From assembly GCA_963826115.1 (NCBI GenBank), contig CAWGVS010000005.1:2061137-2125136 (forward strand): a DNA stretch of 64,000 bases. Direction: 5' to 3'. Origin of the DNA: an uncultured Candidatus Rokubacteria bacterium. Lineage in GTDB: Bacteria; Methylomirabilota; Methylomirabilia; Rokubacteriales; DASRDR01. The position numbers and the translations under genes are program-made. The notes under the pieces were generated by a model that was given only the letters and a program-made list of their open reading frames with translations, had not been told where the DNA came from and ran no database searches. This document shows positions 18,086 through 28,417 of this stretch, in pieces. The stretch's first letter is position 1; every line of letters begins with the position of its first letter.

Positions 18086-19186
18086 ATGACCGCGCCCTAC
18101 CGCGCCGATCAGGTCGGCAGCTTCCTTCGCCCCGCCGGGCTCCTCCAGGCGCGCAGCGACCCCGCGACACGGCCCGAGCGCCTGCGGGAACTCGAAGACC
18201 GCGCCATCCTCGAGAGCCTCGCCCGCCAGCGCGAGCTCGGGTTCGAGATCTTCACCGACGGGGAGCTCCGGCGCTCGAACTTCATGAGCGACTTCTGGGA
18301 CGCGGTGGCCGGCCTCGACCACGGCAACGCCGTGGCCCGGACGTGGCAGGCCGGCGGCGCGGCCGAGGCCCCCGTGAGCCGGGTCACCGGCATCGTGACG
18401 CAGAAGCTGCGGCAGCTCCGACGGCTCACCGCGCACGAGCTCCCGTTCATGAAGCAGCACAGCCCCGGCGCGATCAAGATCACCCTTCCGAGCGCTACGC
18501 AGTTCCCCGCCATCACCTACAAGCGAGGCATCTCCGACCGCGCCTACGCGAGCCCGTCCGAGTTTCTGTGGGACGTCGTGGCGATCCTGAAGGCCGAGGT
18601 GCGGGCGCTCGTCGACGACGGGGTCTCGTACATCCAGATCGACGCGCCCCGGTACAGCTACTACATGGACCCGAAGTGGCGCGAGTGGATCCGCACCGAG
18701 ATGGGCCAGGACCCCGAAGCGGCGCTGGACGAGGCGGTCCGAGCGGACAACCAGTGCCTGGAGGGGGCGCACCGGCCGGGTGTGACCCTCGCCATCCACC
18801 TCTGCCGAGGCAACAACCGGAGCCACTGGTACGCCGAGGGCGGCTACGACGCCATTGCCGAGAAGCTCTTCACCACGCTCGACGTCGACCGCTTCCTCCT
18901 CGAGTACGACGACGCGCGCTCCGGAACGTTCGAGCCGCTCCGGTTCGTGCCCCCTGGGAAGGCGGTCGTGCTCGGTCTGGTCTCGAGCAAGTTGCCGAAG
19001 CTCGAGTCGCCCGCCGAGCTGCGCCAGCGCGTCGAGGCCGCGGCGCGCCACGTCCCGCTGGACAACCTCGCGCTCTCGCCGCAGTGCGGCTTCGCCTCGA
19101 CGATGGAGGGCAACCTCCTCACCGAGTCTGACCAGTGGGCGAAGCTCGGCCTGGTCGTGAGGACGGCGCGCGAGGTCTGGGGCTAG
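18086..19186 (+). CDS. Cobalamin-independent methionine synthase II family (catalytic domain only, YxjH-like)
   Basis: RADQVGSFLRP, TDGELRR, Zn ligands IHLCRGN / LEYD / SPQCGFAS; AGGAGG RBS. Confidence 0.9.
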   Translation: MTAPYRADQVGSFLRPAGLLQARSDPATRPERLRELEDRAILESLARQRELGFEIFTDGELRRSNFMSDFWDAVAGLDHGNAVARTWQAGGAAEAPVSRVTGIVTQKLRQLRRLTAHELPFMKQHSPGAIKITLPSATQFPAITYKRGISDRAYASPSEFLWDVVAILKAEVRALVDDGVSYIQIDAPRYSYYMDPKWREWIRTEMGQDPEAALDEAVRADNQCLEGAHRPGVTLAIHLCRGNNRSHWYAEGGYDAIAEKLFTTLDVDRFLLEYDDARSGTFEPLRFVPPGKAVVLGLVSSKLPKLESPAELRQRVEAAARHVPLDNLALSPQCGFASTMEGNLLTESDQWAKLGLVVRTAREVWG

Positions 19187-19322
19187 TCCCCCCGTCGGCG
19201 GCGCCGCACGGACGCGGCCTTGCCCATCGGGGGCGTAGTCGTCTATTCTGCCCTCGTTCTAAAGCCACCCGGCGAGGACGGCGCCGTGCGGAGTGGCGCG
19301 CGCCTCGCGTAGGAGGGACGCC

Positions 19323-20957
19323 ATGGATCGTGCGCGAGCTCGGTACTCCAGCATCGCCACCCTGCCTGTCCTGTGGGGGCTCGTCGTCACCGTGCTGTCG
19401 GTCGGGCTCGGGAGTGTCGCGCCCGGGCGCGTCGAGGGCGCGGACCCGGTGCCCGGTGGCACCCTCGTCATCGCGCTCGACCAGGAACCCCCGACGCTCG
19501 ATCCCCACGCGTCCCCGTCGGCGGTCACCTATCAGATCATCGCCTCGGTGACCGAGAGCCTCCTCTATCACGGTCGGGACGGCAAGCTCGTGCCGTGGCT
19601 GGCCGAGTCCTGGACCCCGTCGGCCGACGGGCGGAGTGTCACGTTCAAGCTCCGCCGGGACGTCAAGTTCCACGACGGGACACCTTTCAACGCCGCCGCG
19701 GTGAAGTTCAACTTCGACCGGATCGTGGACCCCAACTACAAAGCCGGGGGCTCGCGGGCCCAGCTGGCCGGCTACGCGGAGTCCACCGTGATCGACGAGT
19801 ACACCGTCCGGGTCAGCTTCCAGGCTCCCAACGCCCCGTTCGTCACCTACGCGGGCGCGGGCACCCTGAGCCTCGTCTCCCCGAAGGCTGTGCGGGAGCT
19901 GGGCGACCAGTTCCACACCCAGCCCGTCGGGACCGGCCCCTTCATGGTCAAGGAATACGTGGCCAAGGACCACGCGACGATCGTCCGCAATCCGGCCTAC
20001 ACGCGGAAGGCGCCGTGGAGTGACCGGGCCGGGCCCGCGTACCTCGACGCCATCGTCTGGAAGTTCGTCCCGGAGGCCGGGACTCGCGTCACGACGCTCG
20101 AGAGCGGCGAGACCCAAGGGATCTACCTCGTCCCCGCCCAGGCGCTCCCGCGCCTGGAGAAGGACCCGAACATGCGCGTCGAGAAGATGCCGTGGCCGGG
20201 AGCACCCCGCATCTGGATGCTCAACGTGACCAAGCCGCCGCTCGACGACATTCGAGTGCGCCAGGCCATCAACTACGCGGTCGACAAGGAAGCTTTCCTC
20301 GCGACCGTCTACAAGGGCACTGCGGTCCGCGCAGCCGCGCCGCTCACCGCCGTCATGCTGGACGAGCCAGCGGTGCGTCAGGCGTACCCCTTCGACCAGG
20401 CCAAGGCCAAGGCTCTCCTCGGCGAGGCCGGGTGGCAGCCGGGCGGAGACGGAATCCGCCAGAAGGCCGGCCAGCGCCTCGAGCTCGTGCTGAACGCCAT
20501 CGAGTACGGCGGCGGCGCAGATCCCACGGCCCAGCTCATCCAGGCGTCGCTCCGCGACGTCGGAATCGACCTCAAGATCAAGGCCCAGGCGCGCCCGCCG
20601 TTCTACGAGGACAACTACCGCTGCTCGACCCACGGGCCGGTGATGTTCTTCCGGGCCACCGACCCCGACGCGTTGTTCTCGCTGTTCCACTCGTCGCTCG
20701 TCGGCCAGAACTTCAACTGGTCCTGCTACAAGAGCGCGAAGGCCGACCAGCTCCTCGACCAGGGCCGGCGCGAGTCCGACGCCGCGAAGCGTCGCGCCGT
20801 CTACGTCCAGCTCACGCGGCTCCTCCTCGACGACGCGGCCAGCGTCCCGCTCGTCGACGAGCTGGCGGTGTGGGCGTTCCGGGCCACCGTGCAGGGCACC
20901 AAGTACAACTTCAATGCCTACCCGGTACTGAGCGACGCCCACCTCGTCCGGCGGTAG
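19323..20957 (+). CDS. Peptide/nickel ABC substrate-binding protein (family 5)
   Basis: PPTLDP, LAESW, FKLRRDVKFHDGTPFNA, VGTGPF, VRQAINYAVD. Confidence 0.92.
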   Translation: MDRARARYSSIATLPVLWGLVVTVLSVGLGSVAPGRVEGADPVPGGTLVIALDQEPPTLDPHASPSAVTYQIIASVTESLLYHGRDGKLVPWLAESWTPSADGRSVTFKLRRDVKFHDGTPFNAAAVKFNFDRIVDPNYKAGGSRAQLAGYAESTVIDEYTVRVSFQAPNAPFVTYAGAGTLSLVSPKAVRELGDQFHTQPVGTGPFMVKEYVAKDHATIVRNPAYTRKAPWSDRAGPAYLDAIVWKFVPEAGTRVTTLESGETQGIYLVPAQALPRLEKDPNMRVEKMPWPGAPRIWMLNVTKPPLDDIRVRQAINYAVDKEAFLATVYKGTAVRAAAPLTAVMLDEPAVRQAYPFDQAKAKALLGEAGWQPGGDGIRQKAGQRLELVLNAIEYGGGADPTAQLIQASLRDVGIDLKIKAQARPPFYEDNYRCSTHGPVMFFRATDPDALFSLFHSSLVGQNFNWSCYKSAKADQLLDQGRRESDAAKRRAVYVQLTRLLLDDAASVPLVDELAVWAFRATVQGTKYNFNAYPVLSDAHLVRR

Positions 20958-21016
20958 CTGGCTTGGAGGGGGACTCTCCCCCCACCGCCTTCGACCGTCA
21001 CCGCGGGCGCTCACCG

Positions 21017-21049
21017 GCCGAAGACCGTCGGATGATCGCGGTCTTCGGC
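21017..21049 (+). repeat. 11-bp inverted repeat (GCCGAAGACCG / CGGTCTTCGGC) between SBP and permease; second hairpin at ~21130-21156
   Basis: Seen directly; position typical of SBP-mRNA-stabilising hairpins. Confidence 0.55.
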
Positions 21050-21172
21050 GGCGACAGGGCATCGGGGCGGGGCTCCCCGGCCTGGGGCGGGCACTCCTCC
21101 GTCCCTCGTGATGGACCGGCCGTGAGCTGGGGGACGAGGGCAACCGCCCTCTCCCCTGTGGCCTGACGGTCG

Positions 21173-22096
21173 GTGCTCACGTTCGTCGTCGCTCGCAGCC
21201 TGGCCTGCGTACCCGTTCTCGCCGGGGTGACACTGGCGGTCTTCAGCCTCCTCTTCCTCATACCCGGTGACCCCGTGAAGATGATGCTGGCCGAGTTCGT
21301 CACCTCTCCCGAGCAGGTCGCGCGGATGCGGTCGCAACTCCATCTGGACGAGCCGATCCTCGTCCAATACGGACGCTTCGTGGGCCACGCCGTCGTGGGC
21401 GACCTCGGAACTTCGATCAGGAGCCGCCGACCGGTCGCCCAGGAGATCAGCGAGAACCTCGGGAGCACGGCCGTCCTGGCGACGGCGAGCATGGCGGTCG
21501 CGGTGGTGCTCGGCGTGGCGCTGGGGCTGGTCGCCGCCATCTTCCGTAACTCGTGGCTCGACGTCCTCGCCATGCTCGTGGCGCTGCTCGGGGTGTCGAT
21601 GCCCAGCTTCTGGCTCGGTCTCCTCATGATCCTGGGATTCTCGCTCCATCTCGGCTGGTTCCCCGCAACCGGCGGGGGCGACGCTCGCCACCTCGTCATG
21701 CCGGCGCTCACCCTCGGGCTCATCGCCTCGGCGATCATCGCGCGGCTGACCCGCTCCTCCCTGCTGGAGGTCCTGGGGCAGGACTACGTCCGCACGGCGC
21801 GGGCCAAGGGCCTGGGGGGGTGGAGCGTCATCGTCCGGCACAGCCTCGCCAACGCCCTCATCCCTATCGTCACGATCTTTGGCCTCCAGTTCGGCAACCT
21901 CCTGGCGGGGGCCGTCATCGTGGAAACCGTCTTCAGCCGCCCCGGGCTTGGCCGGCTCCTCGTCGGCGCCATCCTCAACAAGGACTTTCCCCTGGTTCAA
22001 GGAACGATCCTGTTCGTGGCCATCGCCTATGTGCTCCTCAACCTCCTGGTGGACCTGGCCTATGCCGTACTCGATCCGCGGATCCGTCTCCGCTAG
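21173..22096 (+). CDS. Peptide ABC permease DppB-like
   Basis: PGDP, GDLGTS, SMPSFWLG, DYVRTARAKG, DPRIR. Confidence 0.93.
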   Translation: MLTFVVARSLACVPVLAGVTLAVFSLLFLIPGDPVKMMLAEFVTSPEQVARMRSQLHLDEPILVQYGRFVGHAVVGDLGTSIRSRRPVAQEISENLGSTAVLATASMAVAVVLGVALGLVAAIFRNSWLDVLAMLVALLGVSMPSFWLGLLMILGFSLHLGWFPATGGGDARHLVMPALTLGLIASAIIARLTRSSLLEVLGQDYVRTARAKGLGGWSVIVRHSLANALIPIVTIFGLQFGNLLAGAVIVETVFSRPGLGRLLVGAILNKDFPLVQGTILFVAIAYVLLNLLVDLAYAVLDPRIRLR

Positions 22097-22910
22097 CCGG
22101 CTCCTCCGTCACCGGGGAGCGCAGGTCGGCCTCGCGATCCTCGGCCTCCTGGTCGTCCTCGCGGCCGCGGCACCGTGGCTCAGCCCCCACGATCCGATTC
22201 GGACCGCGCCTCGCGACGCCCTGCGGCCGCCGGGCGCCACCTTCCCCCTCGGGAGCGACCAGTACGGACGCGACGTCCTGAGCCGCGCCCTCCACGGCGC
22301 CCGCATCTCGCTCGTCGTCGGTCTCGTCTCCGTTTCCATCGCGATCGGGCTCGGGGCGCCGATCGGCCTCGCCTCGGGCTACTACGGGGGCCGGCTCGAC
22401 CTCGTGCTGATGCGGTTCGTGGACGTCATGCTGGCTTTCCCGGGCATCCTGCTCGCGCTGGCGATCGTGAGCGTCTTGCGCCCGAGCCTGGCCAACCTCA
22501 TGATCGCGGTCGGGGTCGCCGCGGGACCAACGTACGCCCGCCTCGTTCGCGCCAGCGTGCTCGCCGCCAAGGAGCAGCTCTACGTCGAGGCCGCCCGCGC
22601 CGTCGGCTGCCCCGACCGGGGCATCCTCGTCCGCTACCTCCTGCCCAACGTCGTCGCGCCGCTCATCGTGACTGCGACCCTCGGCCTGGGCACCGCGATC
22701 CTGTCCGCAGCGGCCCTGTCCTTCCTCGGGCTCGGGAGTCAGCCACCCGAGCCCGAGTGGGGCCGAATGCTCTCCGAGGGCCGCGACTACCTCCGCGAGG
22801 CGTGGTGGATCGCGACCTTCCCGGGCCTGGGCATCATGGCCACCGTGCTCGGAATGAACCTGCTGGGCGACGGACTGCGCGACGTCCTGGACCCGCGTCT
22901 GCGGGAATGA
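22062..22910 (+). CDS. Peptide ABC permease DppC-like
   Basis: LGSDQYGRDVLSR, YVEAARAVG, LSFLGLG, PEWGRML, GDGLRDVLDP; start uncertain. Confidence 0.9.
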   Translation: MPYSIRGSVSASRLLRHRGAQVGLAILGLLVVLAAAAPWLSPHDPIRTAPRDALRPPGATFPLGSDQYGRDVLSRALHGARISLVVGLVSVSIAIGLGAPIGLASGYYGGRLDLVLMRFVDVMLAFPGILLALAIVSVLRPSLANLMIAVGVAAGPTYARLVRASVLAAKEQLYVEAARAVGCPDRGILVRYLLPNVVAPLIVTATLGLGTAILSAAALSFLGLGSQPPEPEWGRMLSEGRDYLREAWWIATFPGLGIMATVLGMNLLGDGLRDVLDPRLRE

Positions 22911-23057
22911 CCGGAGGCATTCCCGCAGACGCGGAGCAGCTTGGCGTGGGGATTCCGTGACGGCGCAGGGCCGGCCTTCCTCCGCAGGCTCCGCCTCGCA
23001 GGAACGAACGCGTCCCGTGGACACAGCGCGGTTGGCGCGGTGCCGCGGCGGGCCGCC

Positions 23058-24593
23058 ATGGATACCGTCAGGCGCCTTGACCGCCTGCCCACGGTTCTTC
23101 CACACTTGGCGGCAAAGATGATCATCCACGTGAATCACATGGGGCCCGGAGGATCCGGGCCGGCAGCCGTCGACGCGCGGGCCGCCGAGGTCGTCCGCAC
23201 CCTCCTCGGGCTCGTCGCGACCGGCCACGGAGACCCACGCCTCCTGCCGAGCCTCCGCGTCCACCTCGACTGGATCCAGTACCGCGCCAACTTCCGCGAG
23301 CCGATCCTCGTCCGGCGGGCGGCCGACCGCCGGGAGGACGATCGCCCGTGGCCGAGGTCGCCGTGGACGTCCGGCGGGTCGACCCGCCGACCTTGAGCGA
23401 GGCGCTCGCTCGGCGCTCGGGACGCCGCGACCGACGGCGCCGGAGAGCCGGCCCGAACGACGCGGGGCGCCCTCGAGGACGTGGCGCCCGTCCGCGGGAC
23501 AGCGTGATCTGGCGGTTCAACCGGCTCTTCTGGCAGCAGGTCTCGGCCTGGGAGGTCGCGGCCGGCCGCCGCTTCGAGGAGGCCCTGCCCAGCGGCCAAT
23601 CGGACGCCAGCCATCCCGAGGCGGTGGCGGACTCGGTCGCCGACTTCTGGACGCTCCTGCGCGATCTCGAGAAGAAGGGCCACCTCCCGGCCGAGGTGTT
23701 CGCGCTCGAGATCGGCGTGGGCATCGGCGCCACGCGCGGCGCTCTGGCTCGACCGCTTCCGGCGCCCTCGACGAGGAGCGCGGGACCAGCTACTACCCCC
23801 GCCTCCGGTTCCTCCTGGGCGACTACGCGCTCCCCACGCTGAACGGGCCCTGGCGTCCTGGGCCGCCACCGGGAGATCGTCAGCGTGATCCCCATGGACG
23901 CGCTGGATCCGCTGAAGACCCTGTCGTTCCTCCGCTACAAGGTCCTGTACGTCCACCTCACCAACGTCTACGACAACCTGCCGCACGACGAGGTGGTGCG
24001 CCGGGACGGCCGGCTGTACCTGGTGGAGGTGCGAGCCTAGCTTCCGCCGCGAGGACGTGCGAGGGGATCGCCGCCGTCCGGGCTGTCCCGGCCGAGGTGG
24101 GCCCCGAGACGGTGGAGCGGCTGCTCCGGGCCGGGCCGGAGGCGCTCGGCGACCGGCGCGCGGGGGTGGCCTTCTGGCGGGCGGCGTGGGACGGCGCTCC
24201 GGCTGGAGGAGCGCCTGGTCGGCGCTCGAGGACTCTGCAGGTGCCGCTGCCGCCGGGCCTCGAGCAGGCCACCTCGAGGACCTCCTCGCCGGCGCGCCCG
24301 ACGACGTCCGCTTCCACCTCTCCCGCGGCGCGGCGGAGAGCTTCGTCCACACCGTGCCGCTCTTGCACCCGCGCGGCTACCTGCAGGTGCAGGACATCTT
24401 CGTCACCGACATGCACGAGTACCGCCAGGGCTTCCGGGGACCCGGAAAGCTCGACGGCTCGGTGGTGAACTGGGTCAACGGCGCCCTGCTGCGCGCCATC
24501 GGCGCGCGGACGGGGTTCGACGTGCACTTTGCGCCGTTCCGGTATCGCCCGGGATCGCGGACGTCGATCCTCTACACCACACCGCGCGAGTGA
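23058..24593 (+). CDS. Uncharacterised class I SAM-methyltransferase-like protein (several frameshifts)
   Basis: Stitched across frames: LDWIQYRANFREP...IWRFNRLFWQ...ALEIGVG...RFLLGDY...HLTNVYDNLP...LQVQDIF...YTTPRE. LEIGVG and N.YD.LP recall SAM-MT motifs. Confidence 0.6.
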
Positions 24594-24647
24594 GGGGGCC
24601 AGGTCTTGACTCTGCCTTCGACGGCGCGTTCCGAGCCAGGGAGCACG

Positions 24648-25661
24648 ATGTCAAAGTCAAAGCCTGACCCCATCCTGCTCACGGCCGTGGTCGGCAGCTA
24701 CTCGATGTCCGGCTGGCTCGAGCGGGTCAAGAACGACTATCTCCACCGTCGCCTCTCCCGGCACGACCTCGAGGAGATCCACGACGCGGCGGTCAAGGCG
24801 GCGATCAAGGACCAGGAGGCGGCGGGGGTTGACATCGTCTCCGACGGGGAGCTGCGCCGGGACAACATGATCGACCACTTCACGACGCGGCTCCCGGGGG
24901 TGCAGATCGACCACGCGTCGAAGAAGTTCTACTACGACTTCTACGACTGCGCGGTCCGGGGGCGGCTGCCGACCGGGTCGCTCGGCCTGGTCGACGAGTT
25001 CCGATTCCTCCGCCGCTTCACCGAGCACCGTGCCAAGGTGTCCGTGACGGGGCCGCTCTCCCTCGTCAAGCGCATCCGGAACGAGTACTACCCGAGCGAA
25101 GAGGCGCTCGCCCTCGACATCGCCCGGGTCATGAACGTGGAGCTCCGCGAGCTGGTGCGGGCGGGGGCCGCCGACATCCAGGTGGACGAGCCTTACTATT
25201 CGGGCTTCCCCGAGGATCTGCCGTGGGCGGTGCGGGCCCTGAACGCCCTCGTCGACGGGGTCCTGGCGCAGGTGTCCCTCCACGTCTGCTACGGGAACCG
25301 CTACGGAAAGCCGTCCTGGGAAGGAAGCTACCGTTACCTGTTTCCGGCGATCCTCGAGGCCCGCATCCACCAGCTGACGCTCGAGTTCGCCCGGCGAGGC
25401 GAGGACGACGTCCGGCTGTTCAAGGACTTCGCTCCGCAGTTCTCGCTCGGGCTTGGCGTCGTCGACGTCAAGAGCCACGACGTCGAGACGCCGGCCGTCG
25501 TCGCCGAGCGCATCCGGGCCGCCCTCGAGCTCGTGCCCGCCAAGGGGCTGGCCGTCAACCCCGACTGCGGCCTGATGCACCTCCCGCGCGACGTCGCCTT
25601 CGCGAAGCTCAGCGCGATGGTGGAGGGCACTCGGCTCGTGCGCGCGGAGCTCGGCGGCTGA
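24648..25661 (+). CDS. Cobalamin-independent methionine synthase catalytic-domain protein ('core' MetE)
   Basis: TAVVGSY, SDGELRR, IQVDEP, Zn ligands LHVCYGN / LEFA / NPDCGL. Confidence 0.9.
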   Translation: MSKSKPDPILLTAVVGSYSMSGWLERVKNDYLHRRLSRHDLEEIHDAAVKAAIKDQEAAGVDIVSDGELRRDNMIDHFTTRLPGVQIDHASKKFYYDFYDCAVRGRLPTGSLGLVDEFRFLRRFTEHRAKVSVTGPLSLVKRIRNEYYPSEEALALDIARVMNVELRELVRAGAADIQVDEPYYSGFPEDLPWAVRALNALVDGVLAQVSLHVCYGNRYGKPSWEGSYRYLFPAILEARIHQLTLEFARRGEDDVRLFKDFAPQFSLGLGVVDVKSHDVETPAVVAERIRAALELVPAKGLAVNPDCGLMHLPRDVAFAKLSAMVEGTRLVRAELGG

Positions 25662-25744
25662 ATCCACACGCCGCTCCGATGCGCTTCAAGTGTCTATCGT
25701 ATGGCTCTTAACGTGTGGCGCCCTGCCGCGTACGCCGAACTTCG

Positions 25745-25823
25745 TCCGATCGAGGCCGTCCGATCCGCCGAACGTGGAGCCCCAGGGCACCACAAGCTGA
25801 GGGCCATCCGATCGAGGCCGTCC
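25745..25823 (+). repeat. 17-bp direct repeat TCCGATCGAGGCCGTCC (25745-25761, 25807-25823)
   Basis: Two exact copies; the second ends 2 nt before a TAAGAT -10-like box upstream of the MetF start. Confidence 0.7.
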
Positions 25824-25837
25824 TATAAGATGGCCTA

Positions 25838-27464
25838 GTGAGCCCCGCAACGGAGCCGCCGCCCGTATCCCCCCCGAACCCGCTCGCGGAGGCGCTCCGC
25901 GCGGGCCGCTTCTGCTACGTGGTCGAGCTGGTCGCCTCGGGGCTCCAGCGGGAGGCGAAGCTCCTCGAGGTGGCCTCGCGGCTGGCGCGGGTGGCGGACG
26001 TGGTCGCGGGCAGCATCACGAGCTATGCCGGCGGGGCGATGGGGCACGATCCGATGCGGGTGGGCACCGCCGCACGGGCGCGGGGGCTCACCCCCAACGT
26101 GCACGTCACGTGCGTCGGGCAGGACCGCGCGGGCCTCCGGAAAACGCTGGAAGACCTCCAGGCGCTCGGCATCCAGAACGTCTTCGCGCTCACCGGCGAC
26201 TGGCCGCGGGCCCGGCCGGCGCGGTCCCCCGCCCGAGTCGCCGGTCTTCGACCTCGATTCGGTCCACCTGGTCAGGCTGATCGACGAGCTGCGCCGGTCG
26301 GGCCGACCCTTTCACGTCGCGGTCGCCGTGTCCCCATTCAAGTACGTGGAAGGCGACTGTGCGTGGCAGTACCTCAAGCTCGAGAAGAAGGTCGCCGCCG
26401 GCGCCGACTGCGCGATCACGCAGGTTGGGTGGGACTCGGAGAAGTTCCGGGAGCTCAAGCGCTACCTCGAGGAGCAAGGTCTCCGGACGCCGCTGCTCGG
26501 CAACGTCTACGTCCTCGGTCCGCGCGCCGCCGAGCGGATGGCGCGAGGCGAGCCGCCGGGGTGCTGGGTGTCTCCGGAGCTCCTCGAGATCGTGCGCCGG
26601 GAGGCGCGGGGCAAGGACGGCGGGCTCCGGGCCCGCCTCGAGCGCGCCGCGCAGACGGTCGCGGTGCTGCGCGGGCTCGGCTACGCCGGCGCCTATGTCG
26701 GCGGCACCCACGACGCCGACCACGTCGCCTGGATCATCCGGCGAGCGCGGGACCTCGGACCGCGCTGGGAGGAGCTGGCGGAGGGGCTCCGGTACGGACC
26801 CGAGGGGGGCTTCTATCTCTACGGCCCGCCACCCCGGGCAGGCATCGCCCTCGGTGATCCCGCCTCGACGGTCCCGGGCTCGTCAGCGCCGGACCACGCC
26901 CCGGCCGTCGGATCGGTCCCCGCGTCCCTCGTGGCCACGCGTGGGCCGGACCCGGTCCCGGGCTCGAAGCGCTTGGCGGTCCCAACGGACGAGGAGGCGT
27001 CGTGGCGGCGGGGAGTCGCCCGCCTGCTCGACCGCATGGGCCGCCTGTTCCCGGTCACGCGCGATACCGCGCTCCGTCGGGTGCTCGTCAGATTGGCCGT
27101 CTGGGCCGACCGACGGCCGGCCGTCGCTCGCGGCGTCGAGAGGCTCGAGCTGGCGATCAAGCGACCGCTCTTCGGCTGTCAGGCCTGCGGCAACTGCGTC
27201 CTGGGCCATCTCGAGTACGTGTGCCCGGAGACGTGCCCGAAGCACCTCCGGAATGGCCCGTGCGGCGGCACCTACCTCGGCGGCTGCGAGGTCGCCGACC
27301 AGCCGTGCGTGTGGACCGGCGTCCACGCGCGCGCCCGCGCCGAGGGTCGTGAGCGCGATCTCACCGTCTACGTTCCGCCGCCCGACCGCACGCTCCGGGG
27401 CACCAGCTCGTGGATCAACTACCTCCTCGATCGCGACAGCCGGCCTCGCGCGGGTCCCGGCTGA
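25838..27464 (+). CDS. metF: Methylenetetrahydrofolate reductase fused to Cys-rich MTHFR_C (MetV-like) domain (frameshift ~26225)
   Basis: NVHVTC...NVFALTGD, then [22 protein letters not shown]; C-terminal CQACGNC...CPETCPK...GPCGG...CEV...CVW. Confidence 0.8.
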
Positions 27465-27589
27465 ACGTGGGCGCCCGCCCGCCAGTCTGATCCGACCGCC
27501 ACCCGTGGCGTGAGTCGTCGCGGCGGGTCGCGCCATGACGCCTCGCCAGCCGTCGACCCGGTCGCCGCACATGAGCCAGCGTGACGGGC

Positions 27590-28328
27590 CGCGGTCCGCC
27601 CGCTGCGCCTTCCAGGCCTCGTACTCGGGGCGCGCGGCGTCGGAGAGCGGGTAGTAGCGGCGCAGATCGCCGCCCCGCGCCAGCATCTCGCGCGAGAAGT
27701 CCTCCCACTCGTGGTCCTTCCTGGCCCTGGCGATGCACGCCTCGGCGAGGCCGGCCGGAACGACCACCGCACCGTCGTCGTCGGCGACGATGATGTCGCC
27801 GGGAATCACGGTGACGCCGCCGCAGGCGATCGGCCCGTTGACGGCGAACGGCATGAGGTCGGTCTGGGTGTGGAAGTTGGGCGTCACGCCGCGGATCCAC
27901 AGCGGCACGTCGAGCTTCGCGATGTTGGGCCAGTCGCGGAGGCAGCCGTCGATGACCATGCCGGCGCCGCCCTGCCCCTTGAAGTAGGTCATCATCATCT
28001 CGCCGAACACGCCGCTCCGCATGTCGGCGCGCGCGTCGACGACCACCATGTCGCCGGGCTCGACGTGGTAGAGCACGTGGCGGTGGAGCTGCTTCTCGAC
28101 GTCCTTGTACTCGCCCTCGCCGTAGAGATCCTCGCGCTTGGGCATGAACTGGAGCGTGAGCGCCGGCCCCGCGACCGCGCGGCCCTTCGTCCACGCGACG
28201 GGGCCGGTCATGGCGGCGCAGCGGATGCCCATGTGGGCCGAGGTCGCGCTCGCGGTGGCCGCGCCGATCGCGCGGATCGCGTCGACGAGATCGCGCCGCG
28301 GGCGCACGATCTTCGGCGTGTCGGTCAT
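27590..28328 (-). CDS. RraA-like / HMG-CHA aldolase family protein (3' end uncertain)
   Basis: [47 protein letters not shown]. No in-frame stop where expected, probably an indel. Confidence 0.82.
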
Positions 28329-28417
28329 GCGTCGATCTCCCCTGCCGGCGTGGAGCCGGTGCTCATGCTGGGTCACCGAGGCCCGTCGAGCCCGGCGCGC
28401 GGTGCGCGGGCCACGTC

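Noticed and set aside
22911-23057. Possible SAM riboswitch ahead of the methionine-related genes
   Set aside because: No SAM-I/II/IV or SAH consensus elements visible by eye; an Rfam scan would be needed to exclude fully
24038-24040. In-frame TAG in the methyltransferase-like gene (also 30481-30479 in the MalF-like permease) as possible pyrrolysine or TAG recoding
   Set aside because: Both fall where Tyr (TAC) fits, in indel-rich segments and not at catalytic positions; many genes here end normally in TAG
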